Both the position numbers and the translations under genes were made by a program. A stretch of 12,211 nt of DNA, taken from Calditrichia bacterium. Its GTDB lineage: Bacteria > Calditrichota > Calditrichia > RBG-13-44-9. The DNA lies in the NCBI GenBank assembly GCA_037381445.1, contig JARRQT010000136.1:1-12211 (forward strand). The letters run 5' to 3'. The notes beneath the pieces were generated by a model. That model was not told where the DNA came from and did not search any database. It saw nothing but the letters and a program-made list of their open reading frames with translations. Shown here in pieces: positions 1 through 6,816 of the stretch; the first letter of the stretch is position 1, and every line of letters starts with the position of its first letter.

Positions 1-53
1 TGTTTTGTTCCGCTTAAAGCTTCTTTTTGATTGAAGGGGCAATCCGGGTCCAT
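1..53 (-). CDS. Possible 5' end of a downstream gene (MDPDCPFNQKEALSGTK...), truncated by the window edge
   Basis: ATG at 53-51 on the minus strand lies 5 nt after the TAA of the 59..448 ORF, and the frame stays open to position 1. Too short to identify. Confidence 0.25.
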   Translation of the reverse strand, partial: MDPDCPFNQKEALSGTK

Positions 54-58
54 CTTTA

Positions 59-448
59 TTACAGGGTGCCGATCTCATCCGGATGGATATAAATTCTGTG
101 AACAAAGGCGTTTTCCAATATCTCTTTTTCCCCTCTGTAAATATTAATTATCAAAGCCCTTCTGTTGGAGGATAATTTGATGGAATTGACTCTGACCGGG
201 TTTCCTTCCTGATCTAGCACCTTTTCCAAATCCTGACGCGAGCGGCGGAAGATATACAACTCGCCGCGGGTGACACACATTTCCAGCGCAGTTTCATTAA
301 GGTAGACCAGATTGACAGCCTGCCCCTGTTTTTCATTTTTAACCTGCAGCACAGCCGGTATCAATCCCCGCGAATCGAGGACAATTTTCTGACTGCCAAT
401 CTGCAGCGTTTTGCGGCTATTCCGTGTTTTATCTCTGTCAAAAATCAT
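59..448 (-). CDS. Phosphoribosyl-AMP cyclohydrolase (HisI)-fold protein, degenerate, probably non-catalytic
   Basis: GLIPAVLQ, LVYLNETAL, GELYIFRRSRQDL and GNPVRVNSI..ALII follow the HisI pattern in order (GLxPxIxQ, MLxYMNxEAL, G..xFxSRSRxxLW, SGNxxxVxxIxxDCDxDxLL). The WxKGETS, DCDxD, CHxG and SCF motifs are absent. Starts 20 nt after the peptidase stop. Confidence 0.7.
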   Translation of the reverse strand: MIFDRDKTRNSRKTLQIGSQKIVLDSRGLIPAVLQVKNEKQGQAVNLVYLNETALEMCVTRGELYIFRRSRQDLEKVLDQEGNPVRVNSIKLSSNRRALIINIYRGEKEILENAFVHRIYIHPDEIGTL

Positions 449-468
449 GAATTTCTCTGTCCGTTTTG

Positions 469-3108
469 CTATCGGGGCATTTTGGGCGGCATCTGGGGCA
501 TGCCCCCCATGGGACTTTTTTCTTCTCCCGGAATGGTATAGTAAAGTTTGTATACTTCCGCCTGCAGATACTGATCTCTCACCCTGCGGACCGTCTCCGG
601 CATTACCGCGTTGATCCGGTCGTAAATGTTATAAAAGTAATCGATTGGATAGCCGTAAAACTCATTGACTCCCAGGGTGAAGGCCTGATTTTCCCGGCTG
701 GCCCGCCTCCGGGCGAGGGCGGCAAGCAGACTGTTCTGATTTTGCTGAACCATATGGCTGTCAATTGAATCGGACCTGAATTTCCGGATTTCATCCAGAA
801 TTCCCTGAATGGCCGGATGGATGGTCTCTCTCCCTGTTCCCATATAGGCATAGAAATATGAATTATCTCTCCAGGAATCGATGCTGGTGCCCAGACGATA
901 GGCCCATCCTTTTTGTTCGCGCAGTGTAAAAGCTATCCTGCCGCTCAGTATCTGATTCATTATCTCCAGCGGTAATCTATCCGCGGGTTGGGAATGGAAA
1001 CTATAACCCAGGTAAATATAAGACTGGCGTGAGCCGATTTCCGTGCTGTCAGTGGTCTGGTCCACAGTTAGCGGGATTTCCGATATTACCACTGTTTGTT
1101 CCGTCGCGGGCATGGCGGCAAAATTGTCTTCGACCGCCCTGAAGATTGTGGCAGAATCCAGACCGCTGACGATAGTCAGGATGGTATTCCCGGCGGTAAA
1201 ATAATTTCTGTGGAATTCTTTTAGGTCTTCCGGCTGAATGGCGGGAATGGTTCCGGGAGTTCCGCTCACCGGACGGGCCAGGGGATGGTTCGGTCCAAAC
1301 AGCAGTTTGTCAAAATTGAGTTTTGCAGCAGTGCTGGCATTGGATGATTTCCGGGCAGCCAGGGCAGCCATCTGCTTTTCGGTCTCCGCGAATGCCGAAT
1401 CGATATCCGGATAAAGAATGTTGTCTGCTGCGATCCGGATTGCCTGCTGATAAAATTGATCGAGCGTGACAAAGCGGATATATGAGAATTCCGGAACATT
1501 GTAATAATCATCGTATGGAATGAAATCCCAATCGTAGGCCTTTATCTCTGCACCAATTTCTTTAATGCGAAGCTGAAGTTCATCTGCCGGGTAATTTTTC
1601 GAGGATTTAAAAAGAAGATGATGCAAAAAATCGGCGATGCCGGTTTTCCCTTCCGGTTCCCAGGCGCTGCGGTTCTTGAATAGGAAATGCATGGCCAGCA
1701 CCGGATTATCGCTGTTTCGCAGCAACAGGACCGTCATCCCGTTATCCATCACCCGGCGGTAAATTCTGCTGCCGCTTTCTTTAGATTGCAGCGGGGGCTG
1801 CCTGTAAGGGCTGATGTCTGTTTTTTCGGTCCAGTTGCCTTTCTTAAACAGTTCGGATGGCTTGCGCCATGTTGACGGATACTGCTTTTTGAATTGGTTG
1901 ATTCCTTTATCATTAATCTGCAGAAATGCCGGAACGGTTTTCTCAAAGGCTTCAATACCGCCAATGGCCAACTCCTGCGATTTTAGAAATCCGTAATAGA
2001 GAATTTTTTCGGTCTGCAGGATTTCGGATATCGCTTTTTCCTGTTTCAAAGCGCGGATTTCGTCCTGTGAGATGGGTGCGCTTTTCATACGGTCCAGAGT
2101 CTTGACAAATGATTTGAGAATTGCGGCCGAATCAATTCCCTTTTCGGTGGTGATATCAAAAGTCAGTACACCGAATTCCGGGTGGAATTCATAACTGCTT
2201 CGAATTTTCCTGATTTTCAGGCTGTCAATTTGCTGCAGAGCTTCTATAAGTTTCCCGTTATCGCTGTCGAATGCATAACTGTCCAGGAATTGAAATGGAA
2301 CAAAATCGTTTGATTGAAAGGTAGGGGCGGGCAGTTTTATGTAAGTTACCTGGCCCAGGTCGCCCTCCTCGGTATAAAGAAAGGGAAATGTTTCCTCCAA
2401 GGCTATTTCCCTGACCGGGATTTCTTTGGGTTTTGCCTCCCCGAAATATTTCCTGAAAAGAGCCAGCATATCGTCCTGTTTGAAATCCCCGATGACAATG
2501 GCTATCATATTATTGGGACTGTAATAGGTGGAATAATAATCGATTACCTGCTGGCGGGTCATGTTTCGGACGGTGCCGACAGTACCAATGACCGGCATGG
2601 AATAGGGGGGAGTTTTATAAAATGCTTCCCGCAGCGCCTGCTCTTTTTTGAAATCGGGATTCTCGCTGTCCTTTCGGATTTCCTCCGCAATAATTCCTTT
2701 CTCTTTCTCAAATTTTTCCGGGGGGAATGAGGAATGAAAAAGCATATCCGACATGATATCCAGCGTCTGGTTGATTTTGTCTTTGTGATTCAGGGCCATA
2801 TAAGTGGTGTAATCTTCGGAAGTCTGCGCGTTCAGATAAATTCCGTAGAAATCCAGTTCGTCGTAAAGCTCCTTCTGGGTTCTTCTGTCGGTTCCGTTAA
2901 ATGTCATGTGCTCCAGCATGTGAGAAACCCCATTGTCTTCCGGCGTTTCATTCCGCAGGCCGGTACGGACCACGATGACCGGCGCTATTAACGGATTGGT
3001 GTGATTCTCCACTAGAATCAATTCGAATCCGTTATCGAATTTGTGGTAGGAATAATTGGGCAGCGTGAAGTTTAATTTGTCCATAGAGTATACAAAACTT
3101 GCAAACAT
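469..3108 (-). CDS. M16 (pitrilysin/insulinase) family zinc metallopeptidase, four-domain single chain
   Basis: Inverted zincin motif HMLEH in 'NGVSHMLEHMTFNGT', NAQTS motif, EKGIIAEE, YYSPNNM. The second half repeats the fold (MDNGMTV..., GIADFLHHLLF) and carries the R/Y motif LREQKGWAY. Start is uncertain (3108 or 3084). Confidence 0.93.
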   Translation of the reverse strand: MFASFVYSMDKLNFTLPNYSYHKFDNGFELILVENHTNPLIAPVIVVRTGLRNETPEDNGVSHMLEHMTFNGTDRRTQKELYDELDFYGIYLNAQTSEDYTTYMALNHKDKINQTLDIMSDMLFHSSFPPEKFEKEKGIIAEEIRKDSENPDFKKEQALREAFYKTPPYSMPVIGTVGTVRNMTRQQVIDYYSTYYSPNNMIAIVIGDFKQDDMLALFRKYFGEAKPKEIPVREIALEETFPFLYTEEGDLGQVTYIKLPAPTFQSNDFVPFQFLDSYAFDSDNGKLIEALQQIDSLKIRKIRSSYEFHPEFGVLTFDITTEKGIDSAAILKSFVKTLDRMKSAPISQDEIRALKQEKAISEILQTEKILYYGFLKSQELAIGGIEAFEKTVPAFLQINDKGINQFKKQYPSTWRKPSELFKKGNWTEKTDISPYRQPPLQSKESGSRIYRRVMDNGMTVLLLRNSDNPVLAMHFLFKNRSAWEPEGKTGIADFLHHLLFKSSKNYPADELQLRIKEIGAEIKAYDWDFIPYDDYYNVPEFSYIRFVTLDQFYQQAIRIAADNILYPDIDSAFAETEKQMAALAARKSSNASTAAKLNFDKLLFGPNHPLARPVSGTPGTIPAIQPEDLKEFHRNYFTAGNTILTIVSGLDSATIFRAVEDNFAAMPATEQTVVISEIPLTVDQTTDSTEIGSRQSYIYLGYSFHSQPADRLPLEIMNQILSGRIAFTLREQKGWAYRLGTSIDSWRDNSYFYAYMGTGRETIHPAIQGILDEIRKFRSDSIDSHMVQQNQNSLLAALARRRASRENQAFTLGVNEFYGYPIDYFYNIYDRINAVMPETVRRVRDQYLQAEVYKLYYTIPGEEKSPMGGMPQMPPKMPR

Positions 3109-3144
3109 AAATTGCAGACCGCATTTCTTTTAAGACAAAACCAG

Positions 3145-3214
3145 CGGGCGAAAAATCCGGTAGTCTCTCCCACCGAACAGTGTTTTGTGGGTTTTGCCCC
3201 GGGGATTTTGCCCG
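3145..3214. repeat. Imperfect inverted repeat / long hairpin upstream of the M16 peptidase
   Basis: Minus strand reads CGGGC-AAAATCC...CCCAC...GTGGG...GGATTTT-TC-GCCCG, giving nested stems CGGGC/GCCCG, AAAATCC/GGATTTT and CCCAC/GTGGG. Confidence 0.55.
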
Positions 3215-3351
3215 AAATTACAGATAAAAATTTAAAAACAGTCTGACTTTGAAGAACAGTTTCGATGCTTGATGATGCATATTGACGATCAAAAAAGATT
3301 TGATAGTGCAGTTAAAATTTTCTGATCTTATAGAAGTTGAGGAATTTCCTG

Positions 3352-3891
3352 CTAAAAGGCAAATTCTTTTTCCAGCCTTTTAATAAGCAAATAGCCAATC
3401 CAGCCGATTAACGTGCCGGAGAGGATTGAGTAAAAAATGAGGTATGGCAAAATCTGCAGAATAACCGGATTATCGAACAGAACAAAATAACCCACCAAAA
3501 TCTGCCCCAGGCTGTGAAATGCGGCGCCTCCCATGCTCACGCCCCAGATCCCGAACAGCCGGGAGTGGTATAAGAGTATCATGGCGCTGACCGCGCACAA
3601 TCCGCCTCCCAGCGACAGGAAAAAACCGGGTGTGAGCAAATTGCCGGTGAAAACCGACCCGATTAAGATTCGGGAAATGGAAACCAGAAGCGCCGCTTTG
3701 CCGCCATACCAGTAAAGCGCAATCAGGGTGACAACATTGGCCAGCCCGAGTTTGAGCCAGGGCACCGGTTTGGGAATATAGGCCTCGAACAGGAAAAGAA
3801 GCAGTCCCAGGGCGATAAGGCCCACCAGGTGCGCCTCTTTCCGAGTGCTGCTATCCGGTGATGGCTTTGATATCGCTGTTCTGCTGCTCAT
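3352..3891 (-). CDS. Gx transporter family membrane protein (heptaprenyl diphosphate synthase component I-like; EetB-like)
   Basis: Hydrophobic 179-aa protein with FEAYIPKPVPWLKLGLANVVTL (family pattern E..IP..PGxKLGLAN), SLGGG and GVSMGGAAFHSLGQ. Overlaps the NusG-II gene, its usual partner. Confidence 0.88.
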   Translation of the reverse strand: MSSRTAISKPSPDSSTRKEAHLVGLIALGLLLFLFEAYIPKPVPWLKLGLANVVTLIALYWYGGKAALLVSISRILIGSVFTGNLLTPGFFLSLGGGLCAVSAMILLYHSRLFGIWGVSMGGAAFHSLGQILVGYFVLFDNPVILQILPYLIFYSILSGTLIGWIGYLLIKRLEKEFAF

Positions 3892-4243
3892 TTTTCCCTT
3901 GTTGTATATAAATTAGGATTTTTTTGGGGACGCAGACAATCAGTTCGTCGGTCTTGTCGATATATCCGGTTCGTACGCATATCTGTTTGTTACAGTCATT
4001 TTCCAGAATGCGTATTTTGCCCGGCTGCGTTTTTAATACAACGGGCGGATTCCATTCGCGCAACCGGATCTCCTGCTCCTTATCAAGCGGAATTGAATAT
4101 CTCGGAACTCCGGCGATTTCAACCACCGCGACCGGCTCTTGGGGCGCCAGCGGGGTCCGGGTGATTAGCGCATAAAGCGGTGCCATCACCAGCAGGAATA
4201 ATAGAAGAATATCCGGTACTTTAAAAAATTTCACTGACCGCAC
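3851..4243 (-). CDS. NusG domain II-containing protein (DUF1312-like; EetA-like) with N-terminal membrane anchor
   Basis: GTG start, N-terminal hydrophobic helix (DILLLFLLVMAPLYALI), and the three-Cys signature DCNKQICVRTGYI...IVCVPKKILI. Confidence 0.87.
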   Translation of the reverse strand: MRSVKFFKVPDILLLFLLVMAPLYALITRTPLAPQEPVAVVEIAGVPRYSIPLDKEQEIRLREWNPPVVLKTQPGKIRILENDCNKQICVRTGYIDKTDELIVCVPKKILIYIQQGKNEQQNSDIKAITG

Positions 4244-4246
4244 CGC

Positions 4247-4936
4247 CTATTCACTCCGCGCCAGAAGTTTGTTGAGATCCTCTTTTTTACCCACCAGAAT
4301 CAATATGTCATTCCGTTCAATAATAGTCTGGGCACCCGGCATGGTAACTTCCTGCCTGAGAGTGACATTCCCTTTCTTATCCGATTCTTCCCGCTGCCTC
4401 CGGATGGTCACCAGGTTCAGTCCGAACTTGGCGCGCAATTGTATCTCTTCCAGCGATTTACCGATAAAATTTTTAGGCGCCTCCACTTCCGCCAGAGTCA
4501 GTTGACCGGCGAGGTAAAAGATTTCTTTCAGATGGGGGTGCATCAGGTTGTAGGAAAGCCTCTCACCCACCTCCTGTTCGGGAAGGACCACCCGGTCGAT
4601 GCCCACATTTTTAAGGATTTTTTCTTCAATAGGGCGGGTGGCGCGTGTGATAACCATTGGCACACCCAGTTGCTTAAGGATAACGGCGGTCAGCAGATTG
4701 GATTCGAAATCCTCTCCGATACAAACCACCGCCACATCCACTTCATGAATTCCCTGGACTTTAAGCGCGTTTTCATCGGTGCTGTCCAGACGCACCGCCA
4801 CCGAGACATAATCCTGGATTTCTTCCACCCGGGTCATGTTTCGGTCGACTGCAACCACTTCGGCACCTTTTTCAGTGAGCGCTTTGGCAAGACTTACGCC
4901 GAATGAGCCCAATCCCAGAATAGCAAACTTTTTCAT
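4247..4936 (-). CDS. ktrA: TrkA/KtrA family potassium-uptake regulatory subunit (RCK_N + RCK_C)
   Basis: Rossmann motif ILGLGSFG, VVAVD, VAVVCIGEDFESN, GIDRVVLPEQEVG, and RCK_C segment FIGKSLEEIQLRAKFGLNLVTIRR. RBS-like CAGGGGA upstream. Confidence 0.92.
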   Translation of the reverse strand: MKKFAILGLGSFGVSLAKALTEKGAEVVAVDRNMTRVEEIQDYVSVAVRLDSTDENALKVQGIHEVDVAVVCIGEDFESNLLTAVILKQLGVPMVITRATRPIEEKILKNVGIDRVVLPEQEVGERLSYNLMHPHLKEIFYLAGQLTLAEVEAPKNFIGKSLEEIQLRAKFGLNLVTIRRQREESDKKGNVTLRQEVTMPGAQTIIERNDILILVGKKEDLNKLLARSE

Positions 4937-4965
4937 CGTTCCCCTGTTTTGTATTCAAAAATCAA

Positions 4966-4994
4966 AATTTAGCACGATTCCCAATATATATCAA
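4966..4994 (-). promoter_or_regulatory. Putative sigma70 promoter of the ktrA operon
   Basis: TTGATA (4994-4989), 17-nt spacer, TAAATT (4971-4966), with an extended -10 TG (TGcTAAATT). About 30 nt upstream of the ATG. Confidence 0.6.
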
Positions 4995-5121
4995 TGGCTT
5001 TATATGAATTTCCGGGGCAAAGGATTCGGTAAATTCAAAAAAGTCAATTTGGGAGAAACACTGCTGCTGCCGACAAATGCGGCTTGAGCATGGTGCCGCG
5101 GGAGAGTCTTCGTCAAACCAT

Positions 5122-5157
5122 AAAAAAAGGACTGCCGTTTTTGAAGCAGCAGCCCTT
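5122..5157 (-). terminator. Rho-independent terminator of fbaB
   Basis: Minus strand: GGGCTGCTG-CTTCAAAAA-CGGCAGTCC (9-bp stem including two G-U pairs) followed by T7, about 30 nt after the fbaB stop. Confidence 0.85.
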
Positions 5158-5186
5158 CTTTAATCTTATGAGAAATTTTTAAGAAC

Positions 5187-6239
5187 TTACGCGATGGCAA
5201 TATCTTTGTCCAGATACACATCCTGAATGGCGTTCAGCAGGTTCACCCCGTCCTTCATGGGACGCTGGAATGCCTTGCGGCCGGAGATGAGTCCCATTCC
5301 TGCCGCGCGTTTGTTGATCACTGCGGTGCGCACTGCCTGGGCCAGGTCGTTCTGGCCGGAGGCGCCGCCGGAATTGATCAGTCCCGCCCGGCCCATGTAA
5401 TTGTTCACCACCTGGTAGCGGGTCAAATCGATGGGATGATCGGTGGTGAGTTCGGAATAGACCTTCTTATCGGTTTTGCCGAAGTTGATTGCGGTGTATC
5501 CGCCGTTGTTTTCCGGCTGTTTCTGCTTGATGATGTCCGCTTCAATGGTGACGCCGAGGTGGTTGGCCTGGCCGGTCAGATCGGAAGAAAGATGATAATC
5601 CACGCCGTCTTTCTTGAATGCCGAATTGCGCAGGTAGCACCACAGGATGGTTCCCAGGCCCAGTTCATGCGCAAATTTGAACGCCTGGCTCACTTCCTGT
5701 ATCTGACGGTCCGCATTCTCGGAGCCAAAGTAGATGGTGGCACCACCCGCGGCCGCGCCCAGATTCCAGGCCTGCTCCACATCGGCGAACATAATCTGAT
5801 CGTATTTGGTGGGGTAGGTGAGCAGTTCGTTGTGATTGATTTTCACGATAAAGGGAATCTTGTGCGCATATTTGCGGGAAACCGCGCCCAGCACGCCAAG
5901 GGTGGAGGCAACACCGTTGCAGCCGCCTTCAATGGCCAGTTTCACAATGTTTTCGGGATCGAAATATTCAGGATTGGGGGCGAAGGACGCTCCGGCCGAA
6001 TGCTCAATTCCCTGGTCTACCGGCAGAATGGAGACGTAACCGGTATTAGCCAGACGGCCGGTGCTGAACAGCCACTGCAAATTTTTTAAAACGTTAATAT
6101 GACGATCGGACGGAGCGAAAATGCGGTCGACGAAATCCGGGCCCGGAAGATGTAATTTCTCTTTGGGAACAGTTTTGCACTGGTGATTCAGCAGGTTGTC
6201 CGCGTCTTTTCCAAGCAGTTCTACAATTTTGTTGTTCAT
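5187..6239 (-). CDS. fbaB: Class I fructose-bisphosphate aldolase (DhnA/FbaB type)
   Basis: [39 protein letters not shown], Schiff-base region [23 protein letters not shown]. Strong RBS AAGGAG. Confidence 0.97.
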   Translation of the reverse strand: MNNKIVELLGKDADNLLNHQCKTVPKEKLHLPGPDFVDRIFAPSDRHINVLKNLQWLFSTGRLANTGYVSILPVDQGIEHSAGASFAPNPEYFDPENIVKLAIEGGCNGVASTLGVLGAVSRKYAHKIPFIVKINHNELLTYPTKYDQIMFADVEQAWNLGAAAGGATIYFGSENADRQIQEVSQAFKFAHELGLGTILWCYLRNSAFKKDGVDYHLSSDLTGQANHLGVTIEADIIKQKQPENNGGYTAINFGKTDKKVYSELTTDHPIDLTRYQVVNNYMGRAGLINSGGASGQNDLAQAVRTAVINKRAAGMGLISGRKAFQRPMKDGVNLLNAIQDVYLDKDIAIA

Positions 6240-6289
6240 CTTTTTTCTCCTTTATTTTAGATTCGCTTATCTCAAAAAAACAAGTTTTA

Positions 6290-6318
6290 AATATAATACA
6301 TTCCCTTAATTATCACAA
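6290..6318 (-). promoter_or_regulatory. Putative sigma70 promoter of fbaB
   Basis: TTGTGA (6318-6313), 17-nt spacer, TATATT (6295-6290). Confidence 0.5.
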
Positions 6319-6816
6319 CGAAAAAGGCGCTGAGATTTTTCAATTATTTGATGCCAATGTTTTCCATTCCCGGCTTTTTTCAATGAAAGCCGGAGCAGCG
6401 TATTTGTCTGATTTCTTTTGTTTCGGGTTGCCAAAGCAACAGCCAAAGGAACGATTATAAAGAAACAGTTAACCCGGAACTGCTTTCCGCCCGCGATTGA
6501 TATATTCCAGAACAATTCTCCCAAACATTAAGTTAACTCGGGGAGGGTGTGAATTTGTTTCATGCAAATGCGGCCAATCGGACCGAAATAAATTAATCTT
6601 CCAATTTTAGGGTATCATCCGGCGATTGGTTTTATCATATTTCATTGTTATTTTTTGAATGACTTTATTCCTGCGGCCGCTGGAATTGTGATTGTTTCGC
6701 GAATTCTGCTGTTTTTAAGGAAAATGGGAAAAGCGAATGATAGATAAGAACGGATAGTCCGATTTTAGATAGAAACGAAATGGGACCGGATATAAACCGA
6801 ACGGAAAATCTCTGCG

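Noticed and set aside
411..2991. Multiple short ORFs within or antisense to the M16 peptidase
   Set aside because: They overlap a well-supported gene and show no family features.
5096..5112. CCGCGGGAGAGTC, resembling a glycine riboswitch start (similar GGGAGAGAC on the minus strand at 3163-3171)
   Set aside because: Downstream CGCCGAAGG and CTCTCAGG elements are missing in both cases.
4937..5120. c-di-AMP (ydaO) riboswitch upstream of ktrA
   Set aside because: Consensus elements are absent, and the predicted promoter leaves only a short leader.
5436..6089. 217-aa plus-strand ORF
   Set aside because: Antisense shadow of fbaB explained by its codon bias; no recognisable motifs.
6301..6318. 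Possible Rex/CRP-like site at the fbaB promoter
   Set aside because: Only one TTGTGA half-site; the other half does not match.
6306..6524. 72-aa minus-strand ORF in the divergent spacer
   Set aside because: TTG start, no recognisable features, and it runs into the predicted fbaB promoter.
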